Source: Alphaproteobacteria bacterium (lineage in GTDB: Bacteria; Pseudomonadota; Alphaproteobacteria; JALRGP01). Taken from it: DNA of 32,281 nucleotides. A program made the position numbers and the translations under genes. Positions 1 to 9,480 of the stretch are shown here, in pieces (the first letter of the stretch is position 1; each line of letters begins with the position of its first letter). The notes beneath the pieces were generated by a model that did not search any database, was not told the DNA's origin, and saw nothing but the letters and a program-made list of their open reading frames with translations. The stretch is taken from assembly GCA_023259685.1 (NCBI GenBank), contig JALRGP010000001.1, forward strand, positions 1-32,281, given 5' to 3'.

Positions 1-96
1 AGACATTTCTTTATTCTGTTTTTACCATGGGGCTGAGGAGTCTCTAACACGATTATCCAAATCATCCACCTGGTTTATCTGACTTGATTATGCAGG

Positions 97-414
97 CTAC
101 TCAAGACCTTTTAAAAAGTGAGGGGTAGCGTGATCAGTGTTGTTAAATGTGTCTTCTTTGAGCTCGCTGAGCTTGAGTTTATGAGCATCCACTGGTGTTA
201 TTTCTCCGGATTCATTAAACAAAAAGCGATTAATATAGCGTTCTTTTGATTTTTTATCACATTCATGAGAATGACAACTTCTGGATTGTAAGGCTGTGGC
301 AGCCAAATCAGCAAGCCCTTTTACTTTAGCTTTATTCAAAACTGTACGACGTTTTTTTAAATCATCTTCTAAGGACTTGGCAATGTGAGTGGCACCACCT
401 GTGAGCAGTTTCAT
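97..414 (-). CDS. hypothetical protein (105 aa), no recognisable family
   Basis: Intact 105-codon ORF, co-oriented with tgt and 131 nt downstream of it. Charged, helical-looking composition with no motif I can name. Confidence 0.35.
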   Translation of the reverse strand: MKLLTGGATHIAKSLEDDLKKRRTVLNKAKVKGLADLAATALQSRSCHSHECDKKSKERYINRFLFNESGEITPVDAHKLKLSELKEDTFNNTDHATPHFLKGLE

Positions 415-544
415 TTTATAGTTATTTTTCTAAAATTTTCCCTATTTTAACAGACACTTTTTCTATTTACAAAAAATCGTCAGGTGGTAAACTGCTGGCG
501 TCTCACTCGTTAAATAATACTTTACCTGTCATTGAATTAACTTA

Positions 545-1663
545 CTATTCACTATTTTTAATTTGTTCTCTTATGTCTTGCATAAATTTATTCATAAAGT
601 ACACATTATGAATAGACAACAATGTGTAAGCAGTCATTTCTTTTGCCTTAAGTAAATGGTGGATGTATCCTTTGCTGTAGGTATGGCATGTTTCGCAGCT
701 GCAACCAAGCTCTATAGCCGAGTCATCTCGTGCATACATAGAATTTCTCAAATTGATATGTTCTTTGTCATGACCATTCACAAGAGCGCCCCCGTGACGT
801 GCTAAACGCGTAGGATGAACACAATCAAATGTATCAATGTTTTCCTTCACCCCATGGGTAATATCGCTTAGACCTCCGATTCCTAATAAATGAACAGGGC
901 GCTCGCAAGCCATATGACTCATTGTCATGGACACGACATCATGCATTTGAGATTTACTTTGTCCCAAAGATCCTCCAATGGCAACACCAAAAAAAGCATG
1001 TTCTTGCACAAACGTCATAGATTCTTTTCTGAGATCGTCATAAACACCTCCTTGGACAATTCCATACAGCCTTTGGGCAGGGGCGTCTAAAACATTTAAA
1101 CAACGTAAAGCCCACCGGTGACTGCGTTCCATTGATGATCTCGTATAAGATTTTTCGACGTGAAAGGGTGTGCACTCATCTAAAACAACAATGAAATCTG
1201 CCCCTAAATTTTGCTGAATGCGAATAGATTCTTCGGGAGTCAGGTGATACATACGCCCATCAATATATGATTTAAATAATGCTCCGTCTTCATTAATAGA
1301 CAACATTGTTTGAGGTCGATGAGACATGCGTTTGCCTTTAATTTCACTGGCTACAGAACCATGCCCTAAGCTAAAAATTTGAAATCCACCAGAATCTGTC
1401 AACATAGGGCCATTCCATCCTGTCATTTTTTGAAGACCTCCCAAATCTCTGACAACTTCACTAGACGGCTGCAGCATTAAATGATAGGTATTGCTTAAAA
1501 TAATTTGTGTTTGACTATGTTTGACTTGCGCAATTGTCATAGATTTCATAGCTGCTTTGGTTGCGCAAAAAATAAAAGCAGGCGTTTCAATGTCACCATG
1601 AGGAGTTCTTAATAGCCCTAAACGTCCTTTTGACGTTTTTTTTATAATTTTAAAGTCAAACAA
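545..1663 (-). CDS. tgt: queuine tRNA-ribosyltransferase (tRNA-guanine transglycosylase)
   Basis: 372-aa ORF with a TTG start at 1661-1663. N-terminus RLGLLRTPHGDIETPAF, catalytic LTDSGGFQIFSL, and zinc site LGCSCETCHTYSKGYIHHL (CxCxxC..H) are all hallmarks of bacterial Tgt. Confidence 0.93.
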   Translation of the reverse strand: MFDFKIIKKTSKGRLGLLRTPHGDIETPAFIFCATKAAMKSMTIAQVKHSQTQIILSNTYHLMLQPSSEVVRDLGGLQKMTGWNGPMLTDSGGFQIFSLGHGSVASEIKGKRMSHRPQTMLSINEDGALFKSYIDGRMYHLTPEESIRIQQNLGADFIVVLDECTPFHVEKSYTRSSMERSHRWALRCLNVLDAPAQRLYGIVQGGVYDDLRKESMTFVQEHAFFGVAIGGSLGQSKSQMHDVVSMTMSHMACERPVHLLGIGGLSDITHGVKENIDTFDCVHPTRLARHGGALVNGHDKEHINLRNSMYARDDSAIELGCSCETCHTYSKGYIHHLLKAKEMTAYTLLSIHNVYFMNKFMQDIREQIKNSE

Positions 1664-1831
1664 TTTGCCAATCTATTGATTATGTTTTTTTTATTATAGT
1701 TGGCAAAAAGCATTATGTCATTGGCATGTGCACATCTTGTTATGATAAAAATATATTTTATCTAAAATCTAGTTATTTAATTTTTTTAATTTGATAATCT
1801 AAGTAAAATGAGACATATATATATATTTAAA

Positions 1832-3259
1832 ATGATTGAACAAAGACATCGTTTTGCAAAAATTATTGCAACTATTGGTCCCCAAAGTTCAGATTTTTCC
1901 ACAATAGAGAATCTGTTTCTAAACGGTGTTGATGTTTTTCGGTTAAATTTTTCCCACGGCACCCACAATCATCATTCAGCAGCATTTGAATCAATCAGGC
2001 AAATTGAAAGTAAACATCAATGTCCTATTGCCATTGTCGGTGATCTTCAAGGGCCCAAATTCCGAATTGGAGAATTTAATGAATCTTTTGTTTCATTAAA
2101 AGAAAATCAGACATTCGATCTTTGTTATTCCTTAGGGATTGGAGATCATACAAAAGTTGGTCTTCCTCACCAAGAATTATTTACAGCTCTTCATGAAGGA
2201 GATTTTATCTATTTGCGTGATGGTTTAATTAAGCTGCAAATTATTAAAAAAGATGATGATATTTTAAAAACACGTGTTTTAAACCATGGAGATTTGGGGT
2301 CTAAACAAGGTGTCAATGTCCCAGGTGTTTATATTCCTTTGAACGTATTAACTCCCAAAGATCATGAAGATTTGGAATTCGCTTTGGCGTTGGGAGTGGA
2401 TTGGATTGCATTATCATTCGTTCAAATCCCCAAAGACGTCCAACAAGCCAAAACACTCATTCAAGATAAGGCTAAAATTATCGTCAAACTTGAAAAACCA
2501 AAAGCCATTCAATCGTTAGAACATATTGTTAAAATATCTGATGCCATTATGATTGCCAGGGGGGATTTAGGAATTGAAATTCCTCCAGAAAATGTCCCCA
2601 TTGTTCAAAGACAAATTATTCGCACCTGTCGTCGTTTATCAAAGCCCGTCATTGTGGCTACCCAAATGTTAGAATCCATGACGCATTCACCTTCACCAAC
2701 GCGGGCAGAGGTATCTGATGTGGCAACCGCTATTTATGAAGGCGTTGATGGTGTGATGTTATCTGGGGAAACTGCCATGGGAGAATACCCTTTGAAAGCA
2801 GCAGAAATGATGGATAAAATTATTAAACGTGTTGAGCAAGATCCTTTGTATAAAAAAAATTTGCATCATATGCAACCTAAATTACTTTATACAATTTCTG
2901 ACAGTATGGCTGCGGCTGCCAGGGAAATTTCTTCTTCGATTTCTGTCAGTGTCATTATTCCTTTTACAGAAACAGGAGATACCGCCATTCGCATTTCAAC
3001 GCAACGCCCCAGCAGCCCCATTTTATCCTTAACCCCATCCCTTAAAACATCCCGATTTCTTGCAATGATTTGGGGAATCAGATCTGTGATGATTAATCAA
3101 ATCAGTGCAATGGACGATATGATTTATACATCACACACCATTGCTAAAAAACTTAATTACGTGCAGCTGGGGGATTTAATGACAATTGTTGCGGGGATGC
3201 CTTTTGGGCAAGCAGGGATGACCAATTTAATTCGTATTGAAAAATGTACAACGGAATGA
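1832..3259 (+). CDS. pyk: pyruvate kinase
   Basis: Motifs AKIIATIGPQS, RLNFSHG, GPKFRIG, MIARGDLGIEIP and ATQMLESM. The ORF opens at 1808, but the ATG at 1832 (MIEQRHRFAKIIATIGP) gives the canonical N-terminal spacing. The stop abuts the stop of the convergent pabC-like gene with no spacer. Confidence 0.92.
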   Translation: MIEQRHRFAKIIATIGPQSSDFSTIENLFLNGVDVFRLNFSHGTHNHHSAAFESIRQIESKHQCPIAIVGDLQGPKFRIGEFNESFVSLKENQTFDLCYSLGIGDHTKVGLPHQELFTALHEGDFIYLRDGLIKLQIIKKDDDILKTRVLNHGDLGSKQGVNVPGVYIPLNVLTPKDHEDLEFALALGVDWIALSFVQIPKDVQQAKTLIQDKAKIIVKLEKPKAIQSLEHIVKISDAIMIARGDLGIEIPPENVPIVQRQIIRTCRRLSKPVIVATQMLESMTHSPSPTRAEVSDVATAIYEGVDGVMLSGETAMGEYPLKAAEMMDKIIKRVEQDPLYKKNLHHMQPKLLYTISDSMAAAAREISSSISVSVIIPFTETGDTAIRISTQRPSSPILSLTPSLKTSRFLAMIWGIRSVMINQISAMDDMIYTSHTIAKKLNYVQLGDLMTIVAGMPFGQAGMTNLIRIEKCTTE

Positions 3260-4000
3260 TTAGGCTGTCTTCAAATTCAACAGCCGAATGCCTCTTAAAC
3301 TATTAATCATAAAAATTGAGGAGGCTGTATGAAGATCATCAATTGTGATGTTACGCTCGTGAATTTTTTTTGATTCAATGAGATGTTGACGCATGATCCC
3401 ATCCACGCATCCTGATTTTAAATAGGGTGTCAAAAAACGTTGATCATGAGTTTGAATCACAACATTACCAACGGTCGTACAACATACATCTCCTTGGTCA
3501 TTTAAGATGATTGTATCTTGGTATAGGGATTCCATCCTTGATAAAATCTCAGTCATATAGTTTAATTTTTTAACGGGAGATAAAGGATCTTTTGAAAATC
3601 TCATTATTCTTGATACGTCGCATGTCAAAGCATTGTTTAGATCTTTCAAAAAATCATTCTCAAAATCATGAATCCATGGTTCTGAGATGCTGTCAACAAT
3701 CGTATAAAGTTGTGGTGTCAAATGGTGATTAAGAAGTCCGCGTTGTTCTTGGATGCCACGCGTGACGATCAATTTAATTGCACATGGATATGGATAATCC
3801 TTGCAAGAGTCATGAATGTGATGCCACAAAAAATGATCATCCCACATAAATGGAATTTTAAAAAGATCCGCACTTTTTTTAAGACGCTTCACATGGCTAT
3901 CAAAAAAGAAGGGCTCTTGGTCATAGCGAACAGTTGTAAAAAAACCATCACCAAATAAAAAACCTCTGTCTTTAATGGAAATGGTGTGAGTTTGAATCAT
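3260..4000 (-). CDS. pabC: fold-type IV PLP enzyme, aminodeoxychorismate lyase-like
   Basis: N-terminal DRGFLFGDGFFTT and the lysine motif VKKLNYM are typical of class IV aminotransferases. At 246 aa it fits ADC lyase better than BCAT or D-amino-acid aminotransferase. Its ATG (3998-4000) overlaps the TGA (3997-3999) of the upstream MFS gene. Confidence 0.7.
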   Translation of the reverse strand: MIQTHTISIKDRGFLFGDGFFTTVRYDQEPFFFDSHVKRLKKSADLFKIPFMWDDHFLWHHIHDSCKDYPYPCAIKLIVTRGIQEQRGLLNHHLTPQLYTIVDSISEPWIHDFENDFLKDLNNALTCDVSRIMRFSKDPLSPVKKLNYMTEILSRMESLYQDTIILNDQGDVCCTTVGNVVIQTHDQRFLTPYLKSGCVDGIMRQHLIESKKIHERNITIDDLHTASSIFMINSLRGIRLLNLKTA

Positions 4001-5190
4001 CTTTTTTTCTTAGATGTGCAGATGTATTTTTGGCATACTACAAAAACACACAAACTAACAAATGATATTGCGCAACCATACACAAACGTAAACCTGACCC
4101 CAAAACCATCCATCAAAAATCCAGCAATTTGTGATGACAACATATATCCAATGGCATTGATAAGATGAAAAATACCGTCAGCTGTCCCACGTAAATGTCT
4201 GGGGATTAAATCCGCAATCATGATAATGAACATACTTTGAGTGACGCCCAATTGAACACCCCATAAAACACAACTGAGTAAAAATGTATTTTTTTCTGCT
4301 CCTGCGAACAATAGTATGTCGGCGACGATCATCATCGCCATTCCAAATCCCAACAACACATGACGATTAATTTTGTCTGATAATCTTCCAATAGGGTAAG
4401 AAATAATCGATGATGCACCATTATACAAAACCGCAATATAAGGGATAAAACTCATTTCAATGTCAAAATTTTTCTTTCCGTGAAGAATGAGAAACGCTTC
4501 TCCTAAACGTGCCAACATAAATAAAAATGATATGCCCATTAATATCCAATATTCATGGCCTAGGGATGAAATGTCTTTGAAGGACATTTTTTTCTTTTGG
4601 ATATTTGATGGTGATTCAAAATCATGAACAAACAACATTAATAATACCAATCCCAATACAGCTGGAATTGTTGCAATCCAAAATACAACTGATAAATCAT
4701 CATGTGTTTTTTTAAGTAAAAAACTTCCCAATATACCACCAGCAACCGATCCAGCCGTGGCGAGAGTTTGTCTAAGCCCATAAGCTCTGCCCCGTACGCC
4801 CGGCAGCGCAAGGTCGCCGACCAATGCATCCCGCGGGGTTGCTTGAATACCATTGCCAATACGATCCAAAATTCGACTGATAAAAACATTCCAATAGCTC
4901 ATCTGAAGAGCCATGATCGGGCGTGCCAAAACACATAATCCAAATCCAACAACCATGATCCATTTCCGTTTTTGCAGGACATCACTCATCAAACCCGATA
5001 ATAATTTGACAAGATAGGATGCACTTTCCATGATCCCTTCTAAAAATCCAATGGCTGCGCCGCCAACTCCCAAAGATACATTCAAATAAACAGATGTTAA
5101 AGAAAATAAAATAACAGACGAGACATTTAAAAAGAAACTGGCAATTCCAATGACCCATATACCTTTTGGAATATTTAAATACCCTTTCAT
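3997..5190 (-). CDS. MFS transporter
   Basis: Multi-span hydrophobic profile and an MFS motif-A-like loop (SGLMSDVLQKRKW; also DRIGNGIQATPRDAL). The track ORF extends to 5373. The first 61 codons are non-hydrophobic and run into the ftsH upstream region. The ATG at 5188-5190 (MKGYLNIPKGIWVIG) is the plausible start. Confidence 0.85.
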   Translation of the reverse strand: MKGYLNIPKGIWVIGIASFFLNVSSVILFSLTSVYLNVSLGVGGAAIGFLEGIMESASYLVKLLSGLMSDVLQKRKWIMVVGFGLCVLARPIMALQMSYWNVFISRILDRIGNGIQATPRDALVGDLALPGVRGRAYGLRQTLATAGSVAGGILGSFLLKKTHDDLSVVFWIATIPAVLGLVLLMLFVHDFESPSNIQKKKMSFKDISSLGHEYWILMGISFLFMLARLGEAFLILHGKKNFDIEMSFIPYIAVLYNGASSIISYPIGRLSDKINRHVLLGFGMAMMIVADILLFAGAEKNTFLLSCVLWGVQLGVTQSMFIIMIADLIPRHLRGTADGIFHLINAIGYMLSSQIAGFLMDGFGVRFTFVYGCAISFVSLCVFVVCQKYICTSKKKR

Positions 5191-5444
5191 TACACATATA
5201 TAGACGGCTCCATATTCTATTAAAGCCTTTTGATAGAAAAAATCAAGCGCGATTGTGATGCAGCAGCAGTTTTCATTTTGGCTAAAATTCCTAATAAAAT
5301 AGAAATGCAAAGGTTTTAAATACCCTGTTTTCTGGTTCAAAATGAAAATTGCTGCCGACTCCAACTTACACAATACATAGGATTTTTTTTATCTTATGTT
5401 ACAATAAATATGGAAGGGTTAGTTCTTTTTTTTACAACACGTCA

Positions 5445-7337
5445 ATGAATTCTTCGTTTAAAAATTTTTTGATTTGGCTTGCGGCGTTTATCGGTCTTTT
5501 GCTTATTTTTCAAATATCTCCATTTTCTGCAAAATCTCACGTAGATAGTTCCATCGCCTATTCTGATTTTTTATACAGCATTAAATCGGATCATTTTACA
5601 GAAATCACTGTCAGTGGATTGGATGTACGTGGTAAAACAAAAGATGGTCAAGTTGTTGCAACCTACGCACCAGAACGGACTCAACTGATTAATTCAGCTA
5701 TTGATAGGGGGATTATCGTTCGAGCTGAACCTCCTGCACAAGAAAGCCCATCATTTTGGCATATTTTATTATCATGGTTGCCATTTATTATTATTATTGG
5801 ATTATCTATTTTTTCTATGCGTCAATTGCAATCTGGGAGCAACAGGGCAATGGGGTTTGGCCGTTCTCGTGCTAAAAAAAATGATCCTGAGGTTGCTAAG
5901 AAAATTACATTTAATGATGTGGCTGGAATTGACGAAGCCAAACAAGAATTAGAAGAAATTGTTGAATTTTTAAAAGATCCACAAAAATTTGAACGTTTAG
6001 GAGGAAAAATACCCAAAGGCGTTCTTTTAATTGGACCGCCTGGCACCGGTAAAACTTTGCTTGCAAAAGCCATTTCTGGTGAAGCAAATGCCCCTTATTT
6101 TAGTATTTCAGGATCAGATTTCGTCGAAATGTTTGTAGGGGTTGGCGCAAGTCGTGTTCGTGATATGTTTGATCAAGCTAAAAAAAACGCCCCTTGTATT
6201 ATTTTTATCGATGAAATCGATGCCGTTGGTCGTCATCGTGGTATCGGCCTTGGGGGGGGGAATGATGAACGGGAACAAACCCTCAATCAAATGCTTGTAG
6301 AAATGGATGGTTTTGAGGATAATCAAGGGGTCATTATTGTGGCTGCTACCAATCGTCCTGATATTTTAGATCCCGCGTTGCTTCGTCCTGGGCGTTTTGA
6401 TCGTCAAGTGAACGTCCCCAATCCTGACGTTAATGGTCGTCAACAAATTTTAAAGGTTCACACCCGTAAAATACCCGTCAGTGATGATGTAAAATTAGAC
6501 ATTATTGCACGTGGAACTCCTGGTTTTTCAGGGGCAGACATTGCCAACCTCTGTAATGAAGCAGCCCTGATGGCAGCCAGAAAAAATAAAAAAATTGTTG
6601 CTATGGAAGATTTTGAGCAGGCTAAAGACCGCGTTATGATGGGCGCAGAACGACGATCGCTGGCGATGACGGATCACGAAAAGAAAATTACAGCGTATCA
6701 CGAAGCCGGACATGCTATTGTTTCGTTGTATGTTCCACAGTCTGATCCTCTTCATAAGGTTACAATTATTCCGCGCGGCCAGGCTTTGGGAGTCACCATG
6801 CGGTTACCTGAAAATGATCGAATTTCTGTCACAAAAATTAAATTACTCGCTGACATCCAAGTGGCTATGGGTGGACGCATTGCAGAAGAAATGATTTTTG
6901 GAGAAGATTTTATTACAACTGGTGCATCCTCTGATATTAATATGGCCACAAAATTGGCTAAGATGATGATTAAGCAGTTTGGTATGAGTGAAAAATTAGG
7001 CTTTCAAAGCTATGATACGCAACAGGATTATATGGGACACTATACTCCATTATCACCATCCACATCGCAATCTATTGATGAGGAAATTAAAAAATTATTG
7101 GATTCCTGTTATACCAGGGCTACCTCCTTACTGAAAGACAAAAAAAAACAATTAATCACTTTAGCGGAAAAGTTATTGGAAGACGAAACTTTGTCAGCTC
7201 AAGAAGTGAAACAATTATTAGGCATAGCCAATGACACAGATACGGCATCACCTCTGCCTGTTGTTAAAAAAACATCGAAACGCGTTCGAAAGTCCTTAAA
7301 TGACCCACAGATACCTGATCCTTCTCCTGCTGTGTAG
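5445..7337 (+). CDS. ftsH: ATP-dependent zinc metalloprotease FtsH
   Basis: N-terminal TM segment ([15 protein letters not shown]), Walker [14 protein letters not shown], Walker [13 protein letters not shown] region [20 protein letters not shown] and zinc motif HEAGHAI. The start is taken at the ATG at 5445 (MNSSFKNF) rather than the track start at 5349. Confidence 0.97.
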   Translation: MNSSFKNFLIWLAAFIGLLLIFQISPFSAKSHVDSSIAYSDFLYSIKSDHFTEITVSGLDVRGKTKDGQVVATYAPERTQLINSAIDRGIIVRAEPPAQESPSFWHILLSWLPFIIIIGLSIFSMRQLQSGSNRAMGFGRSRAKKNDPEVAKKITFNDVAGIDEAKQELEEIVEFLKDPQKFERLGGKIPKGVLLIGPPGTGKTLLAKAISGEANAPYFSISGSDFVEMFVGVGASRVRDMFDQAKKNAPCIIFIDEIDAVGRHRGIGLGGGNDEREQTLNQMLVEMDGFEDNQGVIIVAATNRPDILDPALLRPGRFDRQVNVPNPDVNGRQQILKVHTRKIPVSDDVKLDIIARGTPGFSGADIANLCNEAALMAARKNKKIVAMEDFEQAKDRVMMGAERRSLAMTDHEKKITAYHEAGHAIVSLYVPQSDPLHKVTIIPRGQALGVTMRLPENDRISVTKIKLLADIQVAMGGRIAEEMIFGEDFITTGASSDINMATKLAKMMIKQFGMSEKLGFQSYDTQQDYMGHYTPLSPSTSQSIDEEIKKLLDSCYTRATSLLKDKKKQLITLAEKLLEDETLSAQEVKQLLGIANDTDTASPLPVVKKTSKRVRKSLNDPQIPDPSPAV

Positions 7338-7776
7338 TTTTTTCGCTCATTCTTCAACCATTGGTCGTATCGAGCTAAAGGCTAAAGATGTTTCTTACGA
7401 ATCAAAGGGAGAAAAAAAAGCGATTGCAAGGGGAAATATTATTCTGACCTACCACATTAGTAAAGAAGAAAAAATTATTTTAAAAGCAGATCAGGTGACA
7501 GCTTTTTTAAAAGACAAAGGGCAATTTTATAAGGCAACAGCCAAAGGCCATGTCTTTATTCAAAAAATAACGGGGTCTCTCCAAGAATCTCTTCAATGCG
7601 AATCATGTCATTATGATATTGTTAACCACCTCATTGAATGCGATTCTTCTTTTGTTTTTAAACGAGCTAGCGATATATTGAAAGGAGAATCGGCTGTGAT
7701 TAACTTAAAAACAGGCCATTATAAAGTCACCAATGGCCATATTGATTTTTCTCCTCATGATCTTAAAAAAAAATAA
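7300..7776 (+). CDS. lptA: LptA-like periplasmic LPS transport protein (OstA N-terminal-type fold)
   Basis: Signal peptide [18 protein letters not shown]. About 140 aa of beta-rich sequence follows with the LptA-like pattern (A.GNI.L....I.AD......, KATAKGHV). It lies immediately upstream of, and overlaps, lptB. Its first 38 nt overlap the ftsH 3' end. Confidence 0.7.
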   Translation: MTHRYLILLLLCSFFAHSSTIGRIELKAKDVSYESKGEKKAIARGNIILTYHISKEEKIILKADQVTAFLKDKGQFYKATAKGHVFIQKITGSLQESLQCESCHYDIVNHLIECDSSFVFKRASDILKGESAVINLKTGHYKVTNGHIDFSPHDLKKK

Positions 7777-8479
7777 TATTGACGTTCAACACGTCGGCTA
7801 TTATTATGGAATCCAAGATGTTTCTCTACATTTTGAGTCTGGACAGATTTATGGAATTTTGGGTCCCAATGGTGCAGGTAAAACAACATTGTTTTCCTTA
7901 TTATGCGGCCTTAAAAAGGTTAAAAATGGTGATATATTTTTAAATCATATTAAAATTAATGATTATCCGTTGTATGAACGTTCAAAACTAGGGATTGGAT
8001 ATTTACCACAAGAATCATCAATTTTTAAAGATTTAAGTGTTTTTGATAATTTATTAATGATTCTAGAAATCGTCGAGCCTAACCGCTCACTTCAAAAAGA
8101 AAAAGCCTTAGATCTATTAAATTCTTTTGAATTGACACATTTACAATCCCAAAAAGCACACACCTTATCGGGTGGTGAAAGACGCCGTTTGGAAATTGCC
8201 AGATGTTTAATTACAAGCCCTCAATTTTTGTTTTTAGATGAACCATTTGCGGGGATTGATCCGATCTCTATTGCCAATATTTGTCATTTTTTAAAAGAAT
8301 TAAAAAATCAGGGAATGGGAATTATTATCACCGATCATAATATTTTAGAAACGTTACGGTTGGTTGATTTTGCCTATATTGTGGCCGGTGGAACTGTTAT
8401 TGCACAGGGAACGCCTGCAGAGGTGTCTGCTCACCAATCGGTGAGAGAAACTTATTTGGGAAGTCATTTTTCATTTTAA
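7757..8479 (+). CDS. lptB: LPS export ABC transporter ATP-binding protein LptB
   Basis: GPNGAGKTT Walker A, the LptB-specific GIGYLPQESSIFKDLSVFDNL, signature LSGGERRRLEIARCL, Walker B FLFLDEPFAGIDP, ITDHNILETL and C-terminal YLGSHFSF. The ATG at 7757 leaves 35 residues before GPNGAGK, as in E. coli LptB. It overlaps the lptA stop by 20 nt. Confidence 0.92.
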   Translation: MILKKNNIDVQHVGYYYGIQDVSLHFESGQIYGILGPNGAGKTTLFSLLCGLKKVKNGDIFLNHIKINDYPLYERSKLGIGYLPQESSIFKDLSVFDNLLMILEIVEPNRSLQKEKALDLLNSFELTHLQSQKAHTLSGGERRRLEIARCLITSPQFLFLDEPFAGIDPISIANICHFLKELKNQGMGIIITDHNILETLRLVDFAYIVAGGTVIAQGTPAEVSAHQSVRETYLGSHFSF

Positions 8480-8566
8480 AAACATGACAAAAGTGATGTG
8501 AACAAAATGATCTCTAAAAAATATTGATTTTGATATAATAAAGTTGTGAGGTGTTTGTGGACTTAT

Positions 8567-9340
8567 ATGAATTTTTTCGCATATATTGGAGAAAGTTTTT
8601 TATTTTTTTTAAATAAAGTTGGCTCAATTTTTTTATTTTTATTTAACACAATTAAATCAAGTGTCTGCTATCCTTGGTATATTAGGCAAATTTGGAATCA
8701 TTTTTTACATTTTTCTTTTTACTCCTTACCTGTTGTTGGTATGACTGCTATTTTTACAGGCATGGTTTTAGCTCTTCAAAGTTACACGGGATTTTCTAGA
8801 TTTTCGGCAGAAAGCACCATCGCAACCGTCGTGGTCTTGTCAATGACGCGCGAACTTGGCCCCGTTTTGGCTGGGTTAATGGTGGCTGGGCGTGTTGGTG
8901 CATCAATTGCTGCGGAAATCGGCACAATGCGTGTCAGTGAACAATTAGATGCCTTAGTGACCTTGCGTGTCAATCCATTTCAATATTTATTTTGGCCTTA
9001 TTTTTTAAGTGGTATTATTGCTCTGCCATTGTTGGTGATCGTAGCGGATGTTATTGGTGTGCTTGGCGGATATTTAGTCAGCGTTTACAAATTGGATTTT
9101 AATGCCAGCCAATACTTACATCAAACAGTACAATATTTAAAAATGGATGATGTTATGTCTGGCATTATTAAATCATCATTTTTTGGTGGTGTTATTGCAT
9201 TGATGGGGTGTTATCATGGCTACCACTCAGCGCGAGGAGCTGAAGGTGTTGGCCAAGCAACGACAAAGGCCGTTGTGAGTGCGTCAATTTTAATTTTATT
9301 AATGAACTATATTTTAACGAACATATTGTTTAAAAAATAA
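8567..9340 (+). CDS. mlaE: MlaE-type ABC transporter permease (phospholipid transport)
   Basis: The block FTGMVLALQSYTGFSRFSAESTIATVVVLSMTRELGPVLAGLMVAGRVGASIAAEIGTMRVSEQLDAL is the conserved MlaE/YrbE core. The ATG at 8567 is preferred over the GTG at 8546. Confidence 0.87.
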   Translation: MNFFAYIGESFLFFLNKVGSIFLFLFNTIKSSVCYPWYIRQIWNHFLHFSFYSLPVVGMTAIFTGMVLALQSYTGFSRFSAESTIATVVVLSMTRELGPVLAGLMVAGRVGASIAAEIGTMRVSEQLDALVTLRVNPFQYLFWPYFLSGIIALPLLVIVADVIGVLGGYLVSVYKLDFNASQYLHQTVQYLKMDDVMSGIIKSSFFGGVIALMGCYHGYHSARGAEGVGQATTKAVVSASILILLMNYILTNILFKK

Positions 9341-9480
9341 ATGTATACTATTTTTACATTAGCAATAATTTATTATAAAACTGGTAAAATTTTAAAATCC
9401 TCATTAAAAAAATAGCCATCTTCTTGCCGTATTGGGCTATTGTTAAAATATGGCATAGGTGCGTATAGCGGTGAAACCTT

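Noticed and set aside
1665-1706. 7-bp inverted repeat TTGCCAA...TTGGCAA (1665-1671 and 1700-1706) and TGGCA-containing strings in the tgt/pyk divergent promoter, considered as an operator or a sigma-54 promoter.
   Set aside because: The GG-to-GC spacing does not fit the -24/-12 consensus. A 7-bp repeat with a 28-nt spacer is too weak to claim on its own.
890-3958. Track ORFs 890..1090(+), 1786..1968(-), 2829..3032(+) and 3710..3958(+), of 60-82 aa.
   Set aside because: All lie antisense to, or out of frame within, the strongly supported tgt, pyk and pabC-like genes. They have low-complexity shadow-frame composition and no motifs.
3986-5444. Nested ORFs in the MFS gene (3986..4168, 4638..4889, 4772..4963, 4982..5197) and the long N-terminal extensions offered by the track for the MFS (to 5373) and ftsH (from 5349).
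   Set aside because: The nested ORFs are alternative or antisense frames of a membrane-protein gene. The extensions overlap each other divergently and add non-homologous residues ahead of canonical N-termini. The internal ATGs at 5190 and 5445 fit family alignments.
5701-6949. Six 60-83-aa ORFs inside ftsH (5701..5952, 5822..6073, 6114..6326, 6528..6755, 6712..6894, 6752..6949).
   Set aside because: They are shadow frames of a highly conserved gene with no independent signals.
7733-8479. Possibility that this ABC ATPase is MlaF, the partner of the downstream mlaE, rather than LptB.
   Set aside because: It carries LptB-specific blocks (GIGYLPQESSIF, ITDHNILETL, C-terminal YLG..F) and lacks the MlaF pattern. 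It also overlaps lptA.
9407-9447. Possible hairpin AATAGCC...GGCTATT downstream of mlaE, considered as a terminator.
   Set aside because: The loop is about 17 nt and there is no convincing downstream T-run, so it is too weak to annotate.
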